In this document: positions 9,907 through 19,093 of the stretch, in pieces
Layout: every line of letters starts with the position of its first letter
Numbering within the stretch: position 1 is the first letter of the stretch
NCBI GenBank assembly: GCA_045430345.1
Contig: JAILXT010000006.1
Span: forward strand, 97,296 to 129,295
Source of the DNA: Agarilytica sp.
GTDB lineage: Bacteria > Pseudomonadota > Gammaproteobacteria > Pseudomonadales > Cellvibrionaceae
DNA: 32,000 nt
Direction: 5' to 3'
Made by a program: the position numbers and the translations under genes
Notes under the pieces: generated by a model
Database searches by the model: none
What the model was told of the DNA's origin: nothing
What the model saw: the letters and a program-made list of their open reading frames with translations, nothing else

Positions 9907-10506
9907 AAGGATTGTAACAGAAGAGCGGTAGAAGGACCCAGAAACCGGGTTGCTCTGCAATATGCATGAACGGCATTACACCCCCCGCACCAAATCGATC
10001 AATTTTCATCCCAGCTACAAACCCCATTCAACAAAACTATTTTATGAAAAGCCTTGAGGAAAATGAAAGCGGGTGTGTCTCACTTTATAACAGTGCACGG
10101 AATAACTGTTCTCGCATGGAGCGGATACCAGTATGTGACTTACCAGGCCACCTGAAAAAGCGATAGCTAAGATAGTCACAGGAATGTGGTAACGCAAATC
10201 ACGGTAAAACGGATAATAGCTGGTATGTACAACTAACGGCGGAGTAGGGTCCCAGCTCTGTCGATAATCAAGAAAAAGATCGATACGGATATCGCGGGCA
10301 AACACAAAAAGGAACCCATGGAGCTCCGTTCTCACGAAGCATGATAAGGATACATCAAATCAAGGAAACGCTGGTCAGATATGGAGTAAAGTACTTAGGA
10401 GTATTACGAGTGAACACATTGTGAAACCATGGAAAGTAAATAACCCCCAGGGAAGGGCCTTCACAAATTGCCAGACGACCTTTAGATATCCACAATAGAA
10501 ACAATC

Positions 10507-13047
10507 TCAAAATTGATATTTAACAAAAACGCTAACAGTTCGTGGATCCCCCCAAAAAACGCTAGTAAGCCCCGTGCGAGAAATCCTTTCAGTTTCTTCA
10601 GACTCATAAATGGCCCCAACATAGTATTTTTTCCCACCTAAATTTAACGCAGACACTCCTGCTAACCACCTTTCATTTCTGGGCCGCCAGAGAAAAGTCA
10701 TATTAATTAAACTGTATCCAGCCTGATCAACCGGAGAGCTAGGCGAACTAAAAAATGTAGTTTTACTTTGATAAGAGAGCTCCCCATACAAAGACCACGT
10801 ACCGGTTTCAAAGATTTTTCGAAACTCCTGCGAGAAAAGCACCGAAATTTTAGGTGTTGAAATAAACTCTCTTGAGCCTGCAACATCCCGTCCAACACCA
10901 TCAATATATTCATCAAACTCAGGATCTAATAAACCTATAGAAACGTCTGAAAACCACATATCTCTATAATTTGTTTTTAATTCCAGTTCGGCACCCACAA
11001 TATGCGCCCTTTCTGCATTCGTAGTTACCCGGTTACCCTGAGTATCTTCCTCCACAGAAGATAACAGCTGCATATTTCGATAGTCGCTATAAAAAAGACT
11101 GGTGTTTATATCAACACCACCGTCCCATAAACTATATTTAGCTCCAATTTCATATGAGTCCACCTCTTCAGGATCATACCCACGACGTCGAGTTTCATTT
11201 CCGAAGGATGCACGAGGAGAAAACCCTCCCCCCTTAAAGCCGGAACTGTAGGAAAAATACACCAGCCCATTAACAGAAGGGTGTAAACTAACGCTCATCT
11301 TTGGCATAACCGCCGCATCGGTACGGCGACCAACAAACTCTGGCCAAAGCTCAACCCCATCCTCATCAAGAGTGGGAACACTCCCATAAAAACTTTGTCC
11401 ATCTCCCCCGAAATATGGTGAAATTAGCTCACCAGACGAATCTGCAGTAAATACATTTCTGTTTACCAAAATTTTGCGTTTTTCTTTCGTGTAACGAAGC
11501 CCCACTGAAATGCCAACCAAATCATCGACATCAACATCAACATTATAAAACAATGAATAAGAGGATACTTCAGAATCAGCTAACGAAAACGACTCGATAT
11601 CACATCCAAAAACCGGACCATTACCAAGGGAGTTTCTCTTCGCTATCTCATAAACACTAAAAGCATTTGCATCCAAATAATACAAACCAAACACCCCGTA
11701 TATACTACCCCCATCATATGTCCAACGAAGCTCTTGACTCGTCTGATTATTTTTAAATTCGACAAACAAATCTGCTAATTGAGCCGCTAAAGAATCGAGA
11801 TCAGAAGGCGAAGATGTATAATCCTCGCGATAAGAAAATATAGATTCAAATTTCAAACTCTCCCCGCTTAGCCATAGAGTCTTAAGGCTCCCGCCGCTCA
11901 TAGATATTTCCGGCTTCCGGATTGGATGTGACGACAAAGATAAGCCTGCGCGAGTATCATAAATATTATTTGGGGGGGGATTTTCTTCATCCCCTACAAG
12001 ATTATATGGAGAACGAGAACCCGATAAGTTTTTGGTTTTATCGCCACTTAGATGCAAAGATAATTGCTTGGTTAGCTTCAACTCAGTATTAAAGCGTAGC
12101 GATAAAACGTCTTTATCATAGTGCTCTTCACCCGTAGTCAGATTTTTTCCGAATCCGTCACGATTCAAAGATGCAATACTTCCTCCGATCTTCAAAGCCT
12201 CATCCACTCGTCTTCCTGCGGAGATGACAATATCCCTCTGATCAAATGAGCCCCCGGTAAATTTAAATGACAGTTCAGGCTCCTCTGGTATACTTTTTGT
12301 TACATATTTTATAGCCCCGCCCATTGTATTTCTCCCATATAATGTTCCTTGCGGACCACGAAGGACTTCAATTCGCTCAACATCATAGATATCAAGAATC
12401 ACACTCTGCGGCCTATTTATATAAACATCATCAATATAAATACCGACTCCAGTTTCCAAACCAGAAATTGCATCTTCCTGGCCAACTCCTCGGATATATG
12501 CTGCAAGCGAGGAGTTGGTTGTACGAATTGTTTTAAGTGTGACATTAGGAATTTTGGACCCCAAATGAATTAGATCATCAACTCCTTGCGCTTCTAACTC
12601 ATTGCTAGAATAAGTAGAAATCGACATAGGCACATCTCTAAGCTCTTCATCCCTAAATCTTGCTGAAACAACAAAGACCTCCTCTATGCGAGACTCATAA
12701 ATATTCGCTTCAACATCAGCAGATACCGACTCCTTGATTTTGGGGCTAAGCTCCACAAAACCTCCCTCCAAATTAGGGGTGTACGCTAAGCCCGTCTTTG
12801 CTAGCAGTATATTTAAGGCATCGGAGAAGTGAAAATAGCCAACCACCGGTGTAGATCGCTTCCCGGATGTCAGCGCCACAGGCACAATCACACTGAGCTT
12901 TGCCTGTACACCAAATGAAATTAAAGCAGCCTGCAACTCTTGACCGGGAATATCAAAATACATGTGCCCTATCGTTCGCTCATCCGCCACTAACTCGGCC
13001 GAGAATAAAGCACACAGAAACCCAACTAAAAAAAATCGATAACGCAT
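10507..13047 (-). CDS. TonB-dependent receptor/transducer with N-terminal STN signalling domain (paralogue 1)
   Basis: ORF track 10507-13059 uses a GTG start. The ATG at 13047 is preceded by AGGTGG (8-nt spacer) and gives the signal peptide MRYRFFLVGFLCALFSAELVA. The STN domain reads FDIPGQELQAALISFGVQAKLSVIV... The plug reads VLRGPQGTLYGRNTMGGAIKYVTK. The terminal strand ...VFVKYQF is canonical. Confidence 0.92.
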   Translation of the reverse strand: MRYRFFLVGFLCALFSAELVADERTIGHMYFDIPGQELQAALISFGVQAKLSVIVPVALTSGKRSTPVVGYFHFSDALNILLAKTGLAYTPNLEGGFVELSPKIKESVSADVEANIYESRIEEVFVVSARFRDEELRDVPMSISTYSSNELEAQGVDDLIHLGSKIPNVTLKTIRTTNSSLAAYIRGVGQEDAISGLETGVGIYIDDVYINRPQSVILDIYDVERIEVLRGPQGTLYGRNTMGGAIKYVTKSIPEEPELSFKFTGGSFDQRDIVISAGRRVDEALKIGGSIASLNRDGFGKNLTTGEEHYDKDVLSLRFNTELKLTKQLSLHLSGDKTKNLSGSRSPYNLVGDEENPPPNNIYDTRAGLSLSSHPIRKPEISMSGGSLKTLWLSGESLKFESIFSYREDYTSSPSDLDSLAAQLADLFVEFKNNQTSQELRWTYDGGSIYGVFGLYYLDANAFSVYEIAKRNSLGNGPVFGCDIESFSLADSEVSSYSLFYNVDVDVDDLVGISVGLRYTKEKRKILVNRNVFTADSSGELISPYFGGDGQSFYGSVPTLDEDGVELWPEFVGRRTDAAVMPKMSVSLHPSVNGLVYFSYSSGFKGGGFSPRASFGNETRRRGYDPEEVDSYEIGAKYSLWDGGVDINTSLFYSDYRNMQLLSSVEEDTQGNRVTTNAERAHIVGAELELKTNYRDMWFSDVSIGLLDPEFDEYIDGVGRDVAGSREFISTPKISVLFSQEFRKIFETGTWSLYGELSYQSKTTFFSSPSSPVDQAGYSLINMTFLWRPRNERWLAGVSALNLGGKKYYVGAIYESEETERISRTGLTSVFWGDPRTVSVFVKYQF

Positions 13048-13064
13048 TCTAAAAACCACCTAAC

Positions 13065-15623
13065 CTACAACCGACTCGTAATAGACATCACGAAAGTACG
13101 CGGATCACCAAAAAACACCGACGCAATATCCCCATCGGCCAACACTTCAGTATCGTCCGATTCATAATACGCACTGACACGATAACGTTTATCCGTGATA
13201 TTTAATCCGTACAACCCCACCTGCCACGCGTCATTCCCGGAGGTCCACGTCAAACCGGCATTCACAACACTGTAGCCTGACTGATCAACCAATTCACTTG
13301 GCGCTTGAAAAAGGGTAACGCTACTTCGATAATTTATTGAGGCCGTAATAGAAAGTTCACCGCCTGCAATAGGGGTCATATATTCATTCGACAACGAAGC
13401 GGTTGTTTTCGGGGTAGCAACAAACTCTCTTTGATCGGCGACATTCACTCCCGCATCATCAAGAAACCGATCAAATTGTGCATCTGTATACCCTAATGAC
13501 AGATCCATTTTCCACTCGGGAAGAAACACTATATCCAAACTTAACTCACTTCCCGAGATACTCGCTGACTCCGCATTAGTTGTCGCAATAACGGTGCCAT
13601 CAAATGAACCATCGCCATCCAAATCCATAAGCAAGGGGGCCTCGACTTGAATATTCTCGTAATCACTAAGAAACACACTCACCCCCGCATTCATCCTTGA
13701 GTCGAACAATGCGGCCTTAAGACCAAGCTCATATGAGGTCACTTTTTCCGGCTCAAAACCTTTTCTCAATCGAGCATCAGAAAAAACACCTTTGGGGGCA
13801 AACCCACCGCCTTTAAACCCAGTCCTATACGCGACATACATATGAAGCCTATCCGTTGGTTTCCAACTTCCGCTTAGCGTTGGCGTGATGGAATCATCCT
13901 GCCGATTGCCCGAAAACCTCGGCCACACCTCTATACCATCCTCATCATATACCGGCGGCTGAAAGGGCAATCGAACGGCATCGCTACCAAAAAATGGGGA
14001 CACGAGCGCTCCTGAAGATGCCGGGAAATACGTGTCGCGAACAACCGTCATATCTCGATTTTCATTGGTGTAGCGTGCACCTAACGAAACACTAAACGTT
14101 TTCGATACACTAAAATCAAAGGAAGAGAATAAAGACCAGGATTTAGCATCCACATGATCATACGTTAAAATCACAACATCCAACGCTGTAATGTAATCGA
14201 TGGCATTCATTGATTTTGCATCTAACAGGTAAACACCCAAGATCCCATAAACATCTCCAGCCTCGTACGTTAACCTCAGTTCTTGGCTATTTTGCTCATT
14301 CTCAAATCGAGGATGTAGCTCCGCCTGCCTAAACTCAGTTGAATCTATATCAGTCGGTAAGTCACCCCAATCCTTCCGATGTGCGGATATAGACTCGACA
14401 GTTAAGCTTTCGTCAATGCGCCAACGAACAAAAACGGATTCACCTTTGGATGTAACAGCATTAGCATTCACTGGGTGGTCTGACAAAGAAATGCCGGCCC
14501 AAGTGTCATAAACATTTCCTGAATCACGCAGCCCACCATTCGCTGTAAGACGGTATCCAGATTTAACCAACGATTTATCTTTTGCGTGATCAAAAGAAGC
14601 TCGCACAAAAAGCCGATCAGAAGGCTCAAATTCAGCACTTCCTCTAAACGCAAGAATATCCTTGTTATAATGCTCCTCCCCAGTCGTTAAATTTTTTCCA
14701 AATCCGTCACGTTTAAGAACTGCTACACTCCCCCCAACCTTAAATGATTCGCCAACCGGCGTTCCGCCAATAGCAACGACATCTTTCTGATTATACGAAC
14801 CCGCAGACAGCTTTATGCTCATTGAAGGGACGTCGGGTAAACCCTTCGTTACATATTTGATCGCACCGCCAATCGTATTTCGGCCATACAAAGTACCTTG
14901 CGGCCCCCTTAATATCTCGACACGCTCAGCATCATATACATCCAACACCACACTTAAAGGTCTATTAAAAAAGACATCATCGATATAAGTACCCACACTC
15001 GTCTCCAACCCGGCGATGGGATTCGCGTGACCAATCCCCCGAATATACGCAGCCAAAACGGAGTTTGTTCCGCGAATAATATTAAAAGACGCATTCGGAA
15101 CGTATGACCCGAGTTGTACTAAATTTTGTGTTCCCGAACGCTCTAGCGCTTCCGCGTCAAAAGACACCACGGACATCGGCACATCCTGTAACACCTCATT
15201 CCGATGTCGAGCGGACACCACATAAACCTCTTCCATATTTTGTGTTTTTTCCGCCCCATCTAAACCCTCACCGTTAATAGCACCAAAAGGATCCAAGCGT
15301 TTAACGATAACCACATTTGTCTCTGCATTTATTTCGTATACCAAACCAGAATCCCCCAACAAACGCTGCAGAGCATTTATCACCAAAAAAGAACCCATCA
15401 CTTCGGGGGACTCATGGCCAAATACATGGTGACTAGAAACAACAACACTAATATTTGCCTGCACGCCTAACGAAATTAGTGCTTCACTTAATGGGGCTTT
15501 AGGAAGGTTAAACGAGACAACACGATTTATTTTTTTGACGGGCACCGCAGAAGTAACCGCGACAGGGACAAACAGCCACAGCAGTGAAAAACCAAACAGA
15601 AAAATAGACCTCAACCGAACCAT
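13065..15623 (-). CDS. TonB-dependent receptor/transducer with N-terminal STN signalling domain (paralogue 2)
   Basis: ORF track 13065-15701. The start at the internal ATG 15623 gives the signal peptide MVRLRSIFLFGFSLLWLFVPVAVTSA and removes the overlap with the upstream gene. The STN domain reads FNLPKAPLSEALISLGVQANISVVV... The plug reads ILRGPQGTLYGRNTIGGAIKYVTK. The protein is colinear with paralogue 1 throughout. Confidence 0.92.
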   Translation of the reverse strand: MVRLRSIFLFGFSLLWLFVPVAVTSAVPVKKINRVVSFNLPKAPLSEALISLGVQANISVVVSSHHVFGHESPEVMGSFLVINALQRLLGDSGLVYEINAETNVVIVKRLDPFGAINGEGLDGAEKTQNMEEVYVVSARHRNEVLQDVPMSVVSFDAEALERSGTQNLVQLGSYVPNASFNIIRGTNSVLAAYIRGIGHANPIAGLETSVGTYIDDVFFNRPLSVVLDVYDAERVEILRGPQGTLYGRNTIGGAIKYVTKGLPDVPSMSIKLSAGSYNQKDVVAIGGTPVGESFKVGGSVAVLKRDGFGKNLTTGEEHYNKDILAFRGSAEFEPSDRLFVRASFDHAKDKSLVKSGYRLTANGGLRDSGNVYDTWAGISLSDHPVNANAVTSKGESVFVRWRIDESLTVESISAHRKDWGDLPTDIDSTEFRQAELHPRFENEQNSQELRLTYEAGDVYGILGVYLLDAKSMNAIDYITALDVVILTYDHVDAKSWSLFSSFDFSVSKTFSVSLGARYTNENRDMTVVRDTYFPASSGALVSPFFGSDAVRLPFQPPVYDEDGIEVWPRFSGNRQDDSITPTLSGSWKPTDRLHMYVAYRTGFKGGGFAPKGVFSDARLRKGFEPEKVTSYELGLKAALFDSRMNAGVSVFLSDYENIQVEAPLLMDLDGDGSFDGTVIATTNAESASISGSELSLDIVFLPEWKMDLSLGYTDAQFDRFLDDAGVNVADQREFVATPKTTASLSNEYMTPIAGGELSITASINYRSSVTLFQAPSELVDQSGYSVVNAGLTWTSGNDAWQVGLYGLNITDKRYRVSAYYESDDTEVLADGDIASVFFGDPRTFVMSITSRL

Positions 15624-15681
15624 AGCCGCTACAGAAAAACACCCCGAATTATGTGACCCACTAACACCACCAAAACACTTA

Positions 15682-17055
15682 TCACAAAAAATGAATACCA
15701 ATAAGCAACGATATTACTGCCGCACCCAGAACATTGAGCACAACGCCATATCGCACCATATCGCTTATTTGCACCTGTCCAGAACCAAAAACAATGGCGT
15801 TAGGTGCCGTGGCAACAGGTAACATAAACGCACAACTCGCACTCAACGCCGCCGGCACCATCATCACCAAAGGATCCGTACCCGCATTCATCGCCGCAAC
15901 CACCAGCACCGGCATTAATAAACTCGTACTTGCCGTATTGCTGGTTACTTCCGTTAAAAACGTCACGCCGATACAGATTAAAAACATCATAAGTAACATC
16001 GGTAAGGTCACTAAACCACCGATACCGGCCGCCAGAAAATCAGCCAAACCACTTTCGACAAAACCTTTTGCCAGCGCAATTCCACCACTAAACAAAATCA
16101 GCATACCCCATGGGATCTTCGCTGCAGTTTGCCAATCCAATAACTTAGAGCCTCTTCCATTAGGAACGAGAAACATCACAACCACAGCAATAAGCGCAAC
16201 GCTTGCATCGTTCGCATGAGGAACACCAAACAAACCTTTCCAACCACCAAATGGATCCGAACGTGTCATCCAAGCTAACGCAGTAACAAGGAAAATCCAC
16301 ATTACACGTCGCTGCTCCGACGTCCATCCCTCTTTTTCGGGCAACTCAAACCCAGCTTTACAACTTAAATTACGTGTAAGCCACAAACCCACAAGCGGCA
16401 CAAATACCACAACTACCGGAACACACCACATCATCCAACGCAAAAAGCTTACGGACTCCCCAGTGCGCTCTTCATAAACACGCATCAAAATCAAATTGGG
16501 CGGTGTACCTATTGGAGTCCCCATACCGCCAATACTTGCGGCATAACAAATTCCCAATAACAGTGGTACAGCAAGCGCCTTATTCTCTGAAGAGGACACT
16601 ACCGCCAAAGCGACGGGCAACAACATCAAGGTCGTCGCCGTATTCGAAATCCACATACTCAAAATTGCAGACGCCGCCATAAAGCCAAATACCACCCGAC
16701 GGGAGGATCCACCGCCAAAAGCATGCACCATAATCAATGCTATTTTTTTATGGGCGCCGCTCCGCTCCATCGCTGTGGACAAAATACACCCCCCCATCAA
16801 CAATAGGATTAAGGGGTTGCCGTACGCCTCTGCCACCTGCGCCGGCGTTAAAATACCTAACAGAGGTAACAAAGCTAATGGAATAAACGATGTTGCAGGA
16901 ATAGGGATTGGCTCAAGCACCCACCAACAAGCGCATAGCGCCGTAATTGACGCTACAAGCGCAGCAGCATCGCTCAAACCCGTACCAAAAAGTGAAGCCA
17001 AATATACCGCGACGGCCAATACTGGCCCAAGGATTAACCGAAAGTAAGTGCTCAC
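15682..17055 (-). CDS. DASS/SLC13-family anion:sodium symporter (ArsB/NhaD permease superfamily)
   Basis: 457 aa and polytopic. The sequence ...LILLLMGGCILSTAMERSGAHKKIAL... and ...WISNTATTLMLLPVALAV... is typical of SLC13/DASS permeases. Confidence 0.8.
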   Translation of the reverse strand: MSTYFRLILGPVLAVAVYLASLFGTGLSDAAALVASITALCACWWVLEPIPIPATSFIPLALLPLLGILTPAQVAEAYGNPLILLLMGGCILSTAMERSGAHKKIALIMVHAFGGGSSRRVVFGFMAASAILSMWISNTATTLMLLPVALAVVSSSENKALAVPLLLGICYAASIGGMGTPIGTPPNLILMRVYEERTGESVSFLRWMMWCVPVVVVFVPLVGLWLTRNLSCKAGFELPEKEGWTSEQRRVMWIFLVTALAWMTRSDPFGGWKGLFGVPHANDASVALIAVVVMFLVPNGRGSKLLDWQTAAKIPWGMLILFSGGIALAKGFVESGLADFLAAGIGGLVTLPMLLMMFLICIGVTFLTEVTSNTASTSLLMPVLVVAAMNAGTDPLVMMVPAALSASCAFMLPVATAPNAIVFGSGQVQISDMVRYGVVLNVLGAAVISLLIGIHFL

Positions 17056-17256
17056 ATTAACTCTATTTTATGATGATTTAGAAGACAAAACCATAGAACC
17101 AACTTCTTCTCGCACAGTCGAATCCTATGGGCGGCCATTTTAGTACCCCATGTGGTAACGAAATACGTAAATCGATATACTATGTGATCGGCTTCGCAAT
17201 CAACAGCCAAATGGGGAATTCGCCCAAAAAGCAGTATGATCCGCAAAGCAGAAACC

Positions 17257-17650
17257 GGGGGCGTTTTTGGATTCGACGCCGGTGACAAAACTCGAGGTGC
17301 ATGCCGTGATGGTAGCCAATCACGTTAATCCAAAGCTGCAAACTAATAGTTGCAAATGATGACAACTACGGTGCTCAACTAGCTGCGTAAGCAGTTTGTG
17401 AAAGCACCTTCTAGTGACTACGGTCGCTAGCGGTCTTTAGCAAGATGCCAGTATCGCGCTACTGACTGTCACTCAGAACTGGACCGTTGTGACATTTAGA
17501 TCGTGGTGTCATTGCTAAATTTGAGCGAACTCGCAATTATCGTCCTGCCCGTCGGGCTGATATGCGTTAAATTAATTGACGGAAACTAAGCATGTAGAGC
17601 CGAGAGCAGAGTGCTGACGGACGGGGGTTCAACTCCCCCCGCCTCCACCA
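17257..17650 (+). ncRNA. ssrA: tmRNA (SsrA), one-piece, tag peptide ANDDNYGAQLAA
   Basis: The 5' GGGGGCG pairs with 3' CGCCUCC-ACCA, including a G3:U wobble (alanine identity). GGAUUCGACG lies near the 5' end. The T-arm reads GGGGGUUCAACUCCCCC. The tag reading frame GCA AAT GAT GAC AAC TAC GGT GCT CAA CTA GCT GCG TAA spans 17352-17390. Confidence 0.97.
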
Positions 17651-17687
17651 AGCATAGGTTTGATAAAAACCGAGAAAGACCATAAAA

Positions 17688-17720
17688 GCCTGCAAGCATA
17701 GATGTTTGCGGGCGTTTTTG
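17688..17720 (+). terminator. Rho-independent terminator after ssrA
   Basis: GCCTGCAA (17688-17695) pairs with TTGCGGGC (17706-13), 8 bp with one G-U wobble and a 10-nt loop. GTTTTTG follows. Confidence 0.7.
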
Positions 17721-17813
17721 TGCCTATAAGATCCGAAGAGGTTTGGTAATACCCCAGCTTTATTGTAACATCCACAGTAACACCAACAAAAAAACTAACC
17801 CAGTGTTACTAAA

Positions 17814-19030
17814 ATGGCCAGAACCACGAAGCCCCTAACCAATACAGAGGTAAAACAGGCAAAAGCGAAAGATAAGGAATACAACCTTGTCGACGGTAGT
17901 GGGCTCGCCCTTCGAGTCAAACCGAACGGATCAAAACTCTGGATATTGAACTACCCCCGGCCTTACACCAAAAAGCGGGCAAATATAGGGTTTGGCCAAT
18001 ACCCCGAAGTGTCTCTCGCCCAAGCAAGAGACAAAAGAAAAGAGGCTCGCGAGCTTCTATCCAAAGAGATAGACCCAAAAGAATACAGAGATGAACAACA
18101 TGGCAAAGGGCTACAAGCCCACACCCTGACACTAGAAGTGATCTCAGCACAATGGTTTGAGATAAAAAAAACGCGGTATCAAAAAACTACGCAATAGATA
18201 TTTGGCGCTCCTTAGAGCTTCATATCTTTCCAGAGTTAGGCGCAACACCAATACACAAAATTACAGCCCCAAACACAATAGAGATAATTAGACCTCTAGC
18301 AAAAAAAGGGAGCCTAGAAACCGTAAAAAGACTCTGCCAAAGACTAAATGAAATCATGACCTTCGCCGTAAATACAGGAAGTATAAAAGCCAACCCCTTA
18401 AGCGGAATTAGCTGTGCGTTTTTATCTCCCAAAAAGCAAAACCTACCCACAATCCTCCCCAGCGAACTCCCTAATCTAATTCAAGCACTCTTCAACTCAA
18501 CAATAAAGATCACCACACGAAACCTCATCTTATGGCAACTTCACACTATGGTTCGCCCAAGCGAAGCTGCTGGCGCGCGCTGGGACGAAATAGACCCCAA
18601 AAACAAGCTATGGAATATTCCTTCCGAACGCATGAAAAAGAAAGCAGCTCATAGCGTTCCCTTAACACAGGAAACAATTAAGCTATTAGACAGAATGAAA
18701 CCTATCAGCGGACATCGTGAATACATTTTCCCTGCTGACCGAAACCCACGTACTCATGCGAACTTTCAAACTGCTAATGCTGCGCTAAAACGGATAGGGT
18801 TCGGAGGGCAGCTCGTTGCCCATGGAATGAGAGCCCTGGCTAGCACAACGCTTAATGAGCAAGGGTTTGATCCAGATATTATTGAATCAGCGCTATCTCA
18901 CGTAGATCAAAACGACGTGCGCCGCGCATACAACCGAGCTCACTACATTGACCGACGACGCGATTGCATGAGTTGGTGGTCGGATCATATTGAGCAAAGC
19001 ATCAATTTCGGGCGAAACATATATGACTAA
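17814..19030 (+). pseudogene. int: P4-type tyrosine integrase, interrupted by a frameshift in an A8 run
   Basis: ORF 17814-18197 encodes the DUF4102/arm-binding N-terminus (LTNTEVKQAKAKDKEYNLVDGSGLALRVKPNGSKLWILNY...GQYPEVSLAQARDKRKEARELL). ORF 18356-19030 encodes the catalytic C-terminus (...HGMRALASTTLNEQGF...LSHVDQNDVRRAYNRAHY). The second frame is already open from 18161 and reads ...AVSKNYAIDIWRSLELHIFPELG. The two frames join across AAAAAAAA (18164-18171), and one extra A would restore a single ORF of about 405 aa. Confidence 0.9.
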
Positions 19031-19093
19031 AATCACCCCCAAGAAATACAGAAAATCCTAAAACTAGAAATCCCAGAAGACAAGCTAGAACAA

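Noticed and set aside
9880-9965. Fur box at the ECF sigma promoter, expected for iron-starvation sigma factors
   Set aside because: Nothing resembling GATAATGATAATCATTATC is present. Only an extended -10 (TGCTATAAT) was recognisable. The absence is noted in the finding rather than called as a feature.
9966-10335. ORFs 9966-10166 (+) and 10042-10335 (-) in the long gap
   Set aside because: They have no SD and no recognisable domain, they overlap each other antisense, and their composition looks non-coding. The region is kept only as a low-interest finding.
12324-12573. Plus-strand ORFs inside the transducer genes (12324-12536, 12349-12573), and similar antisense ORFs inside recN, the NSS gene, the DASS gene, the primase gene and the RND gene
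   Set aside because: All are embedded antisense or out of frame in strongly supported genes. They are typical shadow ORFs.
15624-15701. 26-aa N-terminal extension of transducer 2 (MVFIFCDKCFGGVSG...)
   Set aside because: It overlaps the 3' end of the DASS gene. The internal Met gives a canonical signal peptide.
17052-17365. Minus-strand ORFs 17052-17288 and 17180-17365
   Set aside because: They overlap the ssrA promoter and the tmRNA gene itself and are spurious.
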